Source of the DNA: Mustelus asterias
Taxonomy: Eukaryota
Length of the DNA stretch: 64,000 nucleotides
Assembly: GCF_964213995.1 (NCBI RefSeq)
Contig: NW_027590163.1
Location: forward strand, 372,001-436,000
Direction: 5' to 3'
Below the pieces are notes generated by a model. That model was not told where the DNA came from, did no database searches, and worked only from the letters and a program-made list of their open reading frames with translations. Of the stretch, positions 49,126-63,345 are shown one piece after another (positions within the stretch are counted from its first letter, which is position 1; each line of letters begins with the position of its first letter). The translations under genes and the position numbers were made by a program.

Positions 49126-50885
49126 ACCATCCCATTGGCTCGGTCTACTGTCCAATATCCAACTAACTTGCTCTGACTTGACAGCAAAACAATGACAATG
49201 ATATATCACCTCTCCGATTCACCCTTCCAGCTGCCCATCATCCCGATGCTTCACACTGATTGGACAGCAATCATCCATACATCACCCTCTTGGAAAGTGG
49301 TTCTACAATTCGCACAGTGCACCGGTGGGGGTGGCCTGAAGAAGTGAGGTCACGGAAAGGGCATGAGGTAAACAAGCGAAGCGAGGGGGAACCTACATAA
49401 ACACCTGGGGTTACGAGTTAATTTGTCAATTGTCAATTTGGAGTCAAAATGGGACAGGGGATTGAAGGGGAACAGGAGGGTCATTAGGCTCCAGAATCAG
49501 TCTCAGAGAGAGAGAGGGAGGGAGGGAGAGATATCTAGCATCGAAATAAAACAACAGAATCAGACACCGAGAGAGAGGGAAAGAAGGGGAGAGAGAGTGA
49601 GGTAGAGCGAGAGGGGCAGTGCGAGAGAGGGGGAAGAGAGGGCAAGGTGGGTTGCAGAGAGAGAGAAAGGGGGCAGAGAAGGAGTCAGATAGACATAGGG
49701 TGCCGTGAGAGAAAGAGGGCGCAGCGAGTAAGGAGACAGAGAGAGAGGGGGCAGAGGGAGAGTGGGCAGAGAGAGAAGTGCACTGACAGCGTGGGGCAGT
49801 GATAGAGGTACAGAGAGAACGTGGGGTAGTGAAAGCGTGGGGCAGAGACAGCATGTAGCAGAGTGAGTGGGGAAGAGAGAGATTGGGGTAGAGTGAAAGG
49901 GGCAGAGAGAGAGGGGTAGAGAGATATTGGCAGACGGAAAGAGGGAGCAGAGAGAAGCGGCAGTGATAGTGGGGAAAATAGGCACAGGGAAGAGAAAGAG
50001 AGATGGAGAGGTGAGGGGGGAGGGGTGGGGGGGGCGAACGTTAGTGAGAGAGAGGTGGAGAGAAAGTCCCAATAATGTAGAATAATCCTGGAGTTATATA
50101 CAATAATATTTCAACTTTGCAAATAAACTGCGTTTAATCTTTCAAAAATGGACAGAGACAACAAAAATAGCTGAGCATGCACAGCCAAACACTGAGAACA
50201 ATGGCTGCAGTGTCTCTCTCTGAACACTGAACACCTCCCTGTGCTTACTGAAAAAGTAATTGTAAAACTATCCAAAGACTGATTCCCGTCCCCGGTATTG
50301 ACAAAGGGACAGAACAACTATCTTATGTCAGATAGGTTAGATGTTAATTTCCGAGACAAAAAATGTGCATCCTATGTCTCCACTTGGAATACACAAAGAC
50401 AAGTGTTAAAAACCAGCCCAGAGAGCTGTCCAGGTCTGCTGCCTCACAGTCTGTCAGTCTGTATGTGTTGTTTGCGTGTGTGTGCCCTGTGAGCAAACCA
50501 GCTGGAAGTTTGTCACATTGAAAACGATATAGCAACTGGAGCAGTACCTCGACAAAAATAGCCAGCTTTTGCAGAAATATCGAAAGCTCCCTCTCTGACT
50601 GTGAATGTCAATCATCCAGCAGAACAATTGCAGCTGGAAAAGTACCTGGAATCTCTCCACTAAACAACAGGACACTTGAGCTGAAGAATCAATTACTGGA
50701 AACAACCTGTATCGGTCACAGCGCTCAGCATCGTTAGGGATGTCCCTCACCAAGGACAGTTCCATACAACATTTTATTTATATTTACTTACTATTAAACA
50801 CAATTGCCTTTGCTAATCTGTGTGAATGTAGAGGCATATGTTTTACTATTTTTCCTCACACTTTTAGGAAGAAATAAACACTCAG

Positions 50886-52132
50886 GTTGGAATCTTACCA
50901 CCCCGTTACTCCTGTTTTGCAGCGCAAAATGACGTAAAATCGGGCATAAAGAGGATAGCGTGAATGGCACCCATTTTCGTGCCTGTCGCGACATTACAAC
51001 ACCCGGATTTCCAGTGCAGTCAGTCTCTCAATGGAAGTGGGCGAGTGGTTGATTAGTTTATTTCATTTTATGGATGTGTTGATTTCCATGTGTTTCGCAA
51101 CCCCGGTGCTCAAACATCTGAGCTCGGTTGACTTTATGGTCTCACCAGTGAGAGATTCTCTACATTGAGTAAAACAGCTGCTCACCATGAATGAGGAACA
51201 GTCGTGTTGCCCTTGCGGGTGGGACCGGAGGCCATTGAGGCCTTCTGAGGAGGCCAATTGCAAGGTGGGGATGCCCCTAGGGAGTGCCAGACTGGCAGTA
51301 TCACCCTAGCACCTGGGCAATGCCAGCCCTTTTTTATTTTATTTATTCATTAGTCACATGCACACTGACATCAACACTGCAATGAAGTTACTGTGAAACT
51401 CCAATAGTCGCTACACTCTGGTGCCTGTTCAAGCACACTGAGGGAGAATTTAGCATGGCAATCCACCTAACCAGCACGCCTTTCGGAGCATCCAGAGGAA
51501 TCCAACACAGACATAGGGACAACGCGCAGACTCCGTACAGACAGAGACCCAAGCCGGGAATCGAAGCTGCATCCCTGGTGCTGTGAAGCAGCAGTGTTAA
51601 GCACTGTGCCACCGTGCCACCGGGGCAATGTCACCGGGCATTACTGCCTGTGTGGGCAGCGTTAGGGGTGGTGCAAATGGAGGCGGGCCAATGAGGGTGG
51701 GGGGACAGCTGCCACTCTGCCTGTGGTCAGTGGGGGAGGGAAGGGAGCCCTGATTGGTCTGGGCAGCAGCGGCGTAGCGGGGGCTGCATCTCAGGCCGCG
51801 GGTCCCCGCGATTGCTGGGGGGAGGGGGAGCTAGTTGTGGTTCGATACAGTAGCAGGGGCCTGACAGCTCTCTCTGTGCCTGTCAGACCCCTGCTACTGC
51901 TAATTCACATGTGCAACATCAGAGGTTTGCACATGCGCACTACCTTCCTCCACAGGTTGTCTGGCGTGTTAAGCCCTACCAACAGCCTCTCTCGCGAGAA
52001 ATTGACGAACCCATCCTTTCAAAGACAGAATATATAAGATTGGGCGTGAAAACCGGCCCCAAAAACGGACCTGGAATTTTCCCATTCTCAGACTAGCTGG
52101 ATACTGAGCAAAAATCTCATAAAATTGCACCC
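50886..52132. mobile_element. Non-autonomous DNA transposon-like insertion (Harbinger-type termini) carrying a SINE at 51330-51620
   Basis: Absent from copy A (empty site at about 25640); left end GGTTGGAATCTT vs reverse complement of right end GGGTGCAATTTT (9/12). Confidence 0.55.
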
Positions 52133-52954
52133 TTTCTTCAGTCAAGCAAGCCTGATTAAATTGGTTCCTGCTTTAACATAACGATCGAGTCTGGAAAAGG
52201 TATTGAAGGGAAAGGGATCCTTGATATATTAAAATTGATCCTAAGCGTGAGGGTGGGTTATAAAAAAACATGGAGCCAATCATCCCTCCACACCCGGATC
52301 TGTGTCAATTGGCGGCGGGTGAGAGGGCACCCAGTTGGATGTTGACAAATCGAGGTGTCTCGTCCAGATCAGCAACCTGTGAGGAACTCACCTGGGGCTG
52401 GTCGTAACAAAACAGAGACGGGTGAGGCAGAGAGAGGGGAGGGGGCGACGGACAGACTGAGAGCGAGAGGGGCGAGAGAGAACGAGAGAGAGACTGAGGC
52501 AGACAGCTAGAGAGTTAGACAGTGAAGATAGGAAAAGAAGGAGAACGAGACAGAAAGAGGTGGGAAGAAACACACAGAAAGTGAAAGAGACAGAGAAAGA
52601 GGGGCGAGAGAGACAGACAGAGTGGGATCGAGACAAACCGAGAGAAAATAAACCAGAGAGATACAGACAGAGAGAGAGAGCACGTATGGAGAGAAGAGAG
52701 ACATTTAGGCATCTGGAGGCAGAAAGAGAGAAATAGACATGGAGGGGAAGAGACAGATACAGAACATGTGAAGAAAGAGAGAGATAGGTGAGAGACGGGC
52801 ATAGAGAGGGAACAACAGTCACAGATTATCTGTTGTAATGGAGCCAGGATAGAACATAGAACATAGAACATTACAGTGCAGTACAGGCCCTTCGGCCCTC
52901 GATGTAGCGCCGACCAGTGGTACCAATCTAAAGCCCCTCTAATCTACACTATTC

Positions 52955-54480
52955 CATGTGGAGGCAATGTTCGGTATAAATTTCCCGTGGTAGGCTACCA
53001 ACCCCAGAAACGCTCTTAAATCCTGGATGGAGGTGGGGGCCTTTGATCACCCGCATCTTGTCCTCCAAGTGTACAGCACCAGACTTGGCTGCTTTATCGC
53101 CCAGATAGATCACTTGGGGGCCTGGAATACACATTTTTCTCTTCTTCGGCAAATCAACTTAGAACTTCCTCAAGCTTCTCTAGCTGTTCGGTTTGTGTTT
53201 TTCCTGTTATGATTACGACATCCAGACATCAGGGCAAGGCGGTGGACTAGTGGTATTATCACTAGACTATTAATCCAGAATCTCAGCAAATGTTCTGGGG
53301 ACCCATGTATCCCAACATGACAGGTGGTAGAATTTGAATTGAAGAAAACATATCAGGAATGAAGAATGTATTGATGACCATGAAACCACTGTTGATTGTC
53401 GGAAGTCCCATTTGGTTCAGTCATGTCATTGAGGGAAGGAAATCTGCCGGCCTTAGCCCGTCTCGCCGACATGTGACTCAGAGCCACAACAACGTGTTTG
53501 ACTCTCAACTGCCCTCTGAAATGGCTGAGTGAGACACTCAGTTTAAGGAAGGCGAGGGATGGGCAATAATTGCTGGCCAGCCAGTGATGCCCATGTCCGA
53601 CAAATGAATAAAAAGGTGTAGCAACCTGCGGCAGACCGTGTAAAATATTTTCCATCATTCACTGGAAGATTGAGCAGGCGGACGGTAGCGAAATGGCAGT
53701 CTGGTGTAACGTAAATGCTGTATGAGTATTAATTGTTGAATATCTCTGGTAACCCTGAGTGGCTGCAATTGCAAATGGACGTAAATCATCAAGTTTTGAA
53801 AACGAGAGTCCTTCTGAGAAATTTGCCCATAAATCCTGGAGCTGCAGATCAGGTATTCATCCTGCTGCAAGAAACAGTTTATCCAGAAGGTTAAACTGAT
53901 TCATCCAGATTCAAAATTCGGACGACCGGTGCTGCCCATTTCGCAAATTGGAATGGTTTGATGATCCCGTCCCATTCCAGTCTTTGGATTCCCGCATCAT
54001 CTTTTGCCTGATGGCAACTAGTGCTGGGCGGGTCTTACAAAATCACGGAGTCGCTTCCTGGTCAGCAGCTAAGGTCGCCTTGACTCCTTTGTTAGTCCCT
54101 CGACCTTCCTGGAAAGCCTCAGGGTCTTTAAGCAGGACTTTACAAAGGCATCCATTCTCTATCTGGAAGATGTTAAACCAATCTAGTTGGAGTTCTCACA
54201 AACAATTTTGCCCACATTTGTCTGAGCTAATCTCTACTTTTTCAGATGCCGAAAAAAGCTTTTACATTGTAACTCTATGTTCATCACTCATTTCCATTCA
54301 TATGATCTTTTCCTTTCTTAATCATTTTCCAAGTTTCCCTTTGCTGGGCTCTAAATTGTTTGGACATCTCGAACTTTAGGTGCATTTTTTTCCTGAAGGG
54401 ATTCCAGTCGTTAGTTTGGAGAGGACACGGCATTCACTAACAATAAAGGGTACCGGCTACAGGCAACGTGGTTCTGACAA
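52955..54480 (-). mobile_element. Ty3/Gypsy pol fragment (RT region), degenerate, interrupted by a SINE at 53235-53615
   Basis: GIIKPFQFAKWAAPVV, HLQLQ...YTRLPF, MMENILHGLPQVA, KKRKMC...VIYLG. Confidence 0.75.
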
Positions 54481-54519
54481 AACATTCTGCAGAGAAACAA
54501 GATTAGTATACATTGCTTA

Positions 54520-54985
54520 AAGGCACAACATCGCCACAATACTGCATTTCAATGAGTGAGGATGGAATGCCCTTGTATCTGGCATGAAGGCGATAAAAGT
54601 TGAAACAATTCCAGCTGGTTCTGTAGTTTCTCTGCACTCCAGGTTGGAGCTGGTGAAGATGAGATGCTGCATTGCATCAAGATCGAGAAGAGTGTTGGTG
54701 CGATGACACACCCTTGCTGGATCCCAGTGCGGAATTGAATTGTGTCTGTGGTGGATCTGTTTATCAGTATCACAGCTGGCAGGTCATCGTTGAGCAGGTG
54801 GAGGTTGGGGAAACGCGTTTGGAGGAGTCAAAATGGAGGAGAACGCTCCAAGATCCCTCGCATTTTCAAGTGTCAAAGGTTTTTGTGAGGTGAAAATAGG
54901 CCATATGCAAGGGTCGGTACTGTTCCCTGCATTTCACTTACAGTTGCCGCGCAGTGAAGATCATGTCCGTTCTGTTCCGTGCTCC
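54520..54985 (-). mobile_element. RTE-clade RT fragment
   Basis: IQFRTGIQQGCVIAPTLFSI; homologous to 36930-37250. Confidence 0.7.
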
Positions 54986-55320
54986 AGCCAATCCCTCCCC
55001 CACACTTTGGTGCTTCTGACACTCCAATCAGGAGCGTTTCTTGCCCGTGCTCCATCCAGTCCCTCCTATGGACCCTCGTGCTGCCTGACACTCCAATCAG
55101 ACCGAGAGCTTCTTCCCCGTGCTCCACCTATCCCCTGCCCCACACACACGTGGTGCTGGACCCTCCAATCAGACCGGGAGGTATTTTCCTGCGCTCCTTC
55201 TTCCGGCGGCTTGCGCTTTTGCCATTTAAAGCCTGAGCTCGTGAGGCCGCTCCTTCAGTCTCCTCCATGCAGTCTGCAGAGCAGCCTCAGGGGCTCCTCC
55301 AGCCTGCTTCCAAAGCACTC
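54980..55320 (+). promoter_or_regulatory. Tandem array of about 70 bp CCAAT-box units followed by an AT-rich box
   Basis: CTCCAATCAG with CCAAT at 55024, 55093 and 55165; ATTTAAAG at about 55224. Confidence 0.45.
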
Positions 55321-55459
55321 ATAACCCGCAGGGCAAAAATGGGGAGGCATACAAACCCAGAATGTGCGAAGTGTCTGTCTTAATGAAGCCTGTTCCCGCT
55401 TCATTCTCTTTCGGCAAACCAGCAGCAAAATAAAGCTCACAGAAACCCAGAGTGTGTGT

Positions 55460-55490
<31 letters not shown>

Positions 55491-56439
55491 GGGGGGAGAG
55501 GAGAGGGGGGGTGGGGGTGGGGGGGGGCGGTATAGATGGAGCGAATTACCCTTTCATTCTGTCAGTGGAAAACCAGCAGCAAAAGTACACAAATTCCTGA
55601 AGGAAAGACCAGGTGTATCCACGTGGTGCTCGGGCTGCAGGGTTGCTGAAGACGTCGTGCCGCTCGATGTCTTCCACTCATTCCACCAGGAGTCTGGACG
55701 TGGCCTCCACTTTGCCATCGATCCTACTGGACCGTCCAGCCGTATCGATAATGCAGCCAAACTCACTGCTCGGAAAATGACGATAATTGTCGGGGATCCA
55801 TATTGGTATTGGTAAACATTAGCAGTAAGGTATCGGTTGATTTGTGTTTAATTTGCTGTTTCTGTGTCTGGAAAGCACCTCATGCGAGACCCATGATGGA
55901 GAAAGGTGTTTGTATGTGTGGGGTTGGTTAAGTTCTAACTGAATTTCTATTGTGCTCAGAGAGAATGAAGACGTGAAGAATAAATCAAGCAGCCAGCAGA
56001 GGTATGCGGTCTTGTTTATCAAGTGGAGGTCCTCATAAGGGAAACAGCTTTTAAGTTTTAGTTTAGCGAATTGAGAACAGTTGGAGCCATATCGCTGAAG
56101 CAGTTCTTAACTCTGCAATGAAGATGGAAGTAGGTGTGTCTTGTGTTGGCACATTCTTCATTTAAATCCAAAAATAAATATTTTAGTTAATTTTACATCG
56201 AAAGAATTTTTTTTCCCAGGAACTGAAGGCAAGTTTTCATCTCTAAGTCAATTTTCCCGGCTCAGACATTGTGAACTCTCAGCTTGAGATATCACCTGTG
56301 TTTCGGTATGGATCAGAAAACCTAGAATGTGACATGAAGCCTGACTCGTGTGAGGATCACCTGTTTCACTCCACGTGTGATTCTGTTGACACGAGGTAGC
56401 TTTTGTCAAAGGAAATTTTATTTATCAATACAGTTTAAC

Positions 56440-56770
56440 ATTTAGAATCATAGAAACACTACAGTGCAGGAAGAGGCCATTTGGCCCATCGAGTCTGCAC
56501 CGACCATAATCCGACCCAGGCCCTACCCCCATATCCCTACATATTCACCTGCTAATCCCTCTAACCTACACTTCTCAGAACATTAAGGAACAATTTTTAG
56601 CATGGCCAATCAACCTAGCCTGGCCATCTTTGGACTGTGGGATGAAATCGGAGCACCCGGAGGAAACCCACGCAGACACGAAGAGAATGTGCAAACTCCA
56701 CACAGACAGTGACCCAAGCCAGGAATCGAACCCAGGTCATTGGAGCTGTGAAGCAGCAGAGCTAAATACT
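56440..56770 (-). mobile_element. HE1/V-SINE-type SINE whose head is split by a CR1 (remainder at about 58098-58117)
   Basis: Core and B-box reverse complement GGAATCGAACCC; head fragment CTGTGCTACCGTGCCGCC resumes after the CR1 tail. Confidence 0.75.
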
Positions 56771-58097
56771 TAGAGGTAGGGTGTATGCGCATTTAGAAAG
56801 GAATAAACTCATTAACGATAGTCAGCATGGTTTTGTGAGAGGGAGGTGATGCCTCACTAACCTGGTGGAGTTTTTTGAAGAAGTGACGAGAATGGTTGAC
56901 GAGGGAAGGGCCGTGGATGTCGTCTATATGGACTTTAGTAACGCGTTTGACAAAGTCCCTCATGGTAGGCTGGTGAAAAAGGTTGGATCTCATGGGATAA
57001 TGGGGGAGGTGGCTAGATGGGTGGAGAACTGGCTTGGTCACAGAAGACAGAGGGTGGTAGTGGAAGGGTCTTTTTCCGGCTGCAGGCCTGTGACTAGTGG
57101 TGTTCCGCAGGGCTCTGTATTGGGACTTCTGCTGTTTGTGATTTATATAAGCGATCTGGAAGAAGGTGTAACTGGGGTGATCAGTAACTTTGCGGACGAC
57201 ACAAAATTGGCAGGACTTGCAGATAGTGAGGAGCATTGTCAGAGGCTACAGAAGGATATAGATAGGCTGGAAATTTGGGCAAAGAAATGGCAGATGGAGT
57301 TCAATCCAGATGAATGTGAAGTGATGCATTTTGGTAGAACTAACGTAGGGGGGAGCTATACGATAAATGGCAGAACCATAAAGGGTGTAGATACGCAGAG
57401 GGACCTGGGTGTGCAAGTGCACAGATCCTTGAAGGTGACGTCACAGGTGGAGAAGGTGGTGAAGAAGGCATATGGCATACTTGCCTTTATAGGACGGGGC
57501 ATAGAGTATAAAAGTTGGGGTCTGATGTTGCAGATGTATAGAACGTTGGTTCGGCCGCATTTGGAATACTGCGTCCAGTTCTGGTCGCCACACTACCAGA
57601 AGGACGTGGAGGCTTTGGAGAGAGTACAGAGGAGGTTTACCAGGATGTTGCCTGGTATGGAGGGGCTTAGTTATGAGGAGAGATTGGGTAAACTGGGGTT
57701 GTTCTCCCTGGAAAGACGGAGGATGAGGGGAGACTTAATAGAGGTGTATAAAATTATGAAAGGCATAGATAGGGTGAACGGTGGGAAGCTTTTCCCCAGG
57801 TCGGTGGTGACGGTCACGAGGGGTCATAGGTTCAAGGTGAAGTGGGGGAGGTTTAACACAGATATCAGAAGGACATAATTTACACAGAGGGTGGTGGTGG
57901 CCTGGAATGCGCTGGCAGGCAATGTGGTGGAGGCGGACACACTGGGAACGTTTAAGACTTATCGAGATAGCCATATGAACGGAGTGGGAATGGAGGGATA
58001 CAAAAGAATGGTCTAGTTTGGACCAGGGAGCGGCACGGGCTTGGAGGGCCGAAGGGCCTGTTCCTGTGCTGTATTGTTCTTTGTTCTTTGCTCTTGT
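56770..58097 (+). mobile_element. 5'-truncated, relatively young CR1 (RT domain)
   Basis: ORF 56865-57878, 337 aa: YMDFSNAFDKVPH, SGVPQGSVLG, NFADDTK; TTGTTCT tail. Confidence 0.92.
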
Positions 58098-61000
58098 TCT
58101 GTGCTACCGTGCCGCCGACAGCAATTAAATTAGCTTAACTTTTGCCAATTAATATACTTAATCATGACAAGGCACAATATTTAACAGCTAACCTCGATCT
58201 ATTCGTTCCAATTCAAGCATCATTCTTCTTATAAACTTCAACTCCTCTTCAAAATCCATTAGCAACACGCAGGCTTATTTGTTTGTACTTGTTAACAGTC
58301 CTTTGTATTTTAGTACGTAGGCTGCGTGTCCTCGAGCCTCTCGAACAACTCTGGAGAAAACGAGGGTGAGAGACAATTTCACCTCGTAGGTCCCAAACAG
58401 CAGCCTCCGGAGAGCGAGCGAGCGAGAGATAGAGAGAGAAGAATCTTGCTTCCTTCAGAACCCGACAGTAACTGCCTGCTTTTCCCTCCTGCCCTTACGC
58501 ACATGAGCCCATCAATCAACTTAATCAAAATCCAACCTTTGATCACTGTCTGTGCAGAGTTTGTACATTCTCCCTTTGCTTGCGTGCGTTTCCTCCCGGT
58601 GCTCCAGGTTCGTCTCACAGTTAATTTTATGCAGGTTAGGTGCAATGGCCTTGCTAATTTGCCCCTCAGTGTCAGGGGGACCAACAGGGTAAATACGTAA
58701 GGTTACGGGATGGTGCCTGGGTAGGATTGTTGTCGGTGCAGGCTCAGTGGGCCGAATGGCCTTCTTCCGCACTGTACGGGTTTATGATTCTTCCCCTCAG
58801 TGTCGTCAGTGAGCCTCAACCATGGACACTTTGGAAAAAATCCTTAATGACACGGGTATATGGATGAGCTATTGGAAGCAGTCGGCATTTTCATTGGTCA
58901 ACTGACAGGAAAAGGAAAGAAAAATAATGCATTGTCAACGTAATTTCTGGGAAGACCTGATTTATTCTGCTTAATTGCCTCACAATGGAAGTCTTTATTC
59001 TAATGGTTGAAAAGTTGTCCATATGTTCCTGGTACAGGTAAAACAGTAGTGACAAACAGCTGGTATGATGTTGGCATTGGAGGATACTTGCAGTGAACAA
59101 GTGAATTATCTTGGATGTTTTCCGAATTTGGTGGTGACTGCTGGACTGTGTAAGGTTTCAAGCTCCATGGGATCATGCTCATGTGCAATGAGACTGGTTA
59201 CTGGGCACAATCGCAGGAGTAAAGCAGCAAGGGCCATTGGCTGGAACTTTAGGATATAGCAGAGCGTTGATGGCCGTAAATCCTGGCCACTGTCAGGATG
59301 CTGGAGTGAGGCAGAATCGCAGGTGGAGCGAGTTTGAAAATCACCCCATGATCAATTGATGGGGAGGTCGGATGTTCTGGGATCTCTGACACTCCAACTT
59401 TACCTCCCCCTCCGAACACTTACTGCTTCCCACCTCAGTGTGGCTCCGTTGAAGGTAATGTGATACCTTCACGTTCCATTTAATCAAGCAGAGCAAGAAG
59501 AGACATTCGGCCCGTCATAGACGTTTCAGCTATTTGCAGAAATACCCATTTTTCCCACACCCCAGTTATTCCTCATGTTCTTACTTTTTTTTCAATGGCT
59601 CCGGCCTATTCCCCTTTAAAAAATTCGAGTTCCCGACATTCAGGTTTTTCACCAATGGTCTTAAATCTGTGACATCTGATTACTAAGCCACCCATCAGGG
59701 GAAATACTTTCTCCCTATTTACCCAGCAAAAATCCCTCAGCATTTTGAACATCTCCATGAAATCGCCCCTTCTCCTCCTTTACTCAAAGAATAACAATCG
59801 CAGTTTCACTCACCAAATTACTTTGGTCTATTTTTAAACTGACTTTCTAACACACCAGCTGCAACAATATCTCGGTATGTAAATTACTGCAGGCACAGAG
59901 GGCAGCTGCTCACTTCACTTATTCTGATTTTGACAAGTGTATAAAAAACCTTGGTGATAATGACTATCATTATGTAGTGAAACACTGGGTCCTATAACAA
60001 AAGCAGATCCTGTCAGGTGTCAGTGATGAAAGCTTCCAAAAGTGAAATATTCCAATCTTTCAAAGCAATAAGTTCTCACAATGTTCTGATCATTCCATCT
60101 TAAATTATAAACATGCAAAACGGTTTTAACTATGACAACGTGGTCAACAATAGAGGATAGACGCTGTATGGCTTCATAGTGTCTGGAGTCAATGTGTTGG
60201 AAACTTTGTCCATTTCAGGGCTGATATTATTAAGAACTATTCCTGATCTCTTTCTCTTTGTGAATAGCTGCTGATCTGATTGGTAAAGCTTACAAAGGCA
60301 GAAGCTGGGAGAAAGGACAGATCAACACGTCATGTAATTCGCCGTCGTGAGATGAGTTTGGAGGTATTTTGAAATGAATTTGTGTGGGACAGAATTTGTG
60401 CAAATTGGAGTTTGATGCAGGAGAAATCGAGTGCGTATGTCACTGGGAATAATCCTGTTGAATCAATGTCCACATCACTATAGTTAATAACGACTCGCAC
60501 CCTCGTCATCACCAAAAATAAATTGTCTATTTTCTGTCCAAATTTGACTAAGAGGAAACTATTTATCCTGGGCTTCGTCAGCGGTGTCATCTCTGGAAGA
60601 AACGTTAAATAAAGTATCTGCTTGTGCTATCAGATGTACATGTATCGGAGCTGACAGTGTATTAAACTAATTCACCCTCGCCTCTCCTCTCCACCCGTCT
60701 CCCCATTCCCTCCGCCGCCCCCCCCCCCCCCCGCCGCACCCCCTGACCCCAACCTGCACACGCACCACCCAGGAGTCTCGATGCTCTGAGCATCCTGGTT
60801 TCCCCAGAGAGTGAATGTTGGGGAAGTTTGACGCCTGCGTATATCGTTTAAGATGGTTATGGAAAAGTATAGGGAATAACCCAAAGAAAAAATATATTTC
60901 ACTGCAGGAAAACTGACTTCCATGGGATTAAGAATGGATTCATCCCGAACCCACCCATTGAAGTAACACCATTCTCTTACCATTGCCAATTCCCCTAACC

Positions 61001-61739
61001 TTTGTATGCTGTCAGTGTATATTAAGCTGACTTTTCCCTTCACCCAAGCTATGACTATAACACTATAATCTGCACTCTCACCTTTCCTTTCTCCCTTTCT
61101 ACACTATGAACGGTATGCTTTGACTGTATAGCACAAGACACAATGTTTTCGCATTGGAACAAGTAAACTGGTTCTGGGCTACATTGACGCGAAGGTTCAT
61201 GAGGAATTAATTTATCCCGCAAAGGTAGTCTCTGAGGTGGCCAGGTAGTTTGTTTTTGATGTCAAGGCCAACCCCATAGAATCAGCGAACTTCTCCTGGT
61301 ATTAGCTTTCTAGAAGAAAACATCACCACTACCCAGCTCCTGAAGGTGGCCTTGTCCTGCCCACCGGGCCTCACTTAGGGCAGTAATGTCAATGCCGAAA
61401 CGCCTGAGCTCCCAGGCAATGATAGCAGTGCACCATTCAGGTTTGTCCCTGTTGCGATTGTCCTTGAGGGGCCGTGTAACATTCCGATCCAAAACTTGTT
61501 TTTGGCAAAAATATACTTTCTTTCTAAAATATCTGGAAGATTACAAACATTTCAAAGTGGCCATCACACAAAGTGAAGTAATGGACAGTTTCTATACATG
61601 CATCATGTTGCACACTGAGCTGCTTCAACACAGTCAAAGAAATATTGCCGACATTGAAAAATGGTCATTACGAAAGGTAAAAATATACTTCAGTTATTTA
61701 AACTCTGTTCTAGAATGGTTGTGACGAACTCCGCGTCCT

Positions 61740-63345
61740 CCTATTTGATTTGATTTGATTTGATTTGATTTATTGTCAAATGTATTAGCATGCAGCGAAT
61801 TGTAGTCTCTTGCGCACTATACAGAAAAATCACGCCAATCATAGAGAAAGAAACGAGAGAGTGCAGATTGTCGTATTACAGCCATAGTTACGGTGTAGAG
61901 AAAGATCAACTGAATGCAAGGTAAGGCCATTCAGACTTCTGACAGCAGCAGGGAAGGAGCTGTCCTTGAGTCGGTTGGTACTTGACCTCAGACTTTTGTA
62001 TCTTTTTCACGATGGAAGAAGGTGGAAGAGAGAATGTTCGGGGTGCGTGGAGTCCCCCGCTGGCTGTTTTACCAAGGCACCGAGAAGTGGAGACAAAGTT
62101 AATGGATGGGAAGCTGGTTTGCGTGATGGATTGGGCTACGTTCACGACCTTTTTGGTTTCTTGCGGTCTTGGGCAGAGCAGGAGCCATACCAGGCTGTGA
62201 TACAACCAGAAAGAATGTTTTCTATGGTGCATCTCTAAACGTTGGTGAGAGTTGTAGCTGACATGCCAAATTTCCTTCGTCTTCTGAGAAAGTAGAGGAG
62301 CTGGTGGGGCTTTCTTAACTATATTGCTGGCATGGGGGGACCAGGACAGTTTGTTGATGATCTGGACATCTAAAAACCTGAAGCTCTCGGCCCTTTCTCC
62401 TTTGTCCTCGTTGAGTCAGACAGAGACATGTTGTCCTCTCCTCTTCCTGAAGTCGATGACAATCTCCTTCGTTTTGTTAACATTGAGGGAGAGATTATTG
62501 TCATTGCACCAGTTCACCAGTTTCTCGATCTCATTACTGTACTCTATCTCATAATTGTCTGAGATCCGATCCACTATAGTGATGTCGTTTCCAAACTTGA
62601 CAATCGAGTTGGAGGGGAACTTGGCCGCGCAGTCATAGGTGTATGAGGAGTTACTAGGGGTTTAGAAGAAACCTTGTTTGACACCGGTGTTGAGGACGAT
62701 CATGGAGAAGGTGTTGTTGTCTACCTTACTGATTGTGGTCTGTGAGTTAGGAAGTTCAGGATACATTCGCAGAAGGAGGAGCCGAGGCCTACACCACGGA
62801 GGATGGAGATGTGTTCCGTAGGAATAATGGCATTTAAGGCTGAGCTGTAGTCAATAAATAGGAGTGTGGCACAAGTATCTTTGTTATCTAGGTGTTCCAG
62901 GCTTGAGTGCAGGGCCAGAGAGATGGCATCTGCTGTGGACCTGTTGCAGCAGTAGGCGAACTGCAGTGGATCCAGTCAGTCCTCGAGGCTGGAATTGATT
63001 CCTGACATGATTAACATTCCGAAGCACTTCATAATGATGGCTGTCAGAGCCACCAGACGATATCAATTCAGGCACGCTGCTTGCCTTTTCTTTGGTACTC
63101 GGATGATGGTCGTCTTCTTGAAGCAGATAGGGACCTCACTTTGCTGGAAAGAGAGTTTGAAGATTTTTGCGAATACCCCGACGAGCTGATCTGCACAGGA
63201 TCTGAGTACTGATATGCTTACCCCATCCGGGCCAGCCGATTTCCGTGGGGTTGACCTTCGAGAAAGCTGTTCTGACATGTGCAATGGTGGCCTCTGAAAT
63301 AGGTTCATCCAAGGCTTCCAGAATGGAGGGAACGCATCGTTTCTG
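61740..63345 (-). mobile_element. Rex1/Babar LINE (RT to 3' tail), degenerate
   Basis: SAGPDGVSISVLRSCADQLVGVFAKIFKLSFQQSEVPICFKKTTII; (ATTTG)n tail at about 61743-61771. Confidence 0.82.

Larger units (their letters stand above)
49135..61735 (+). repeat. Segmental duplication copy B
   Basis: See copy A; same block order and orientation, different TE insertions. Confidence 0.85.
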
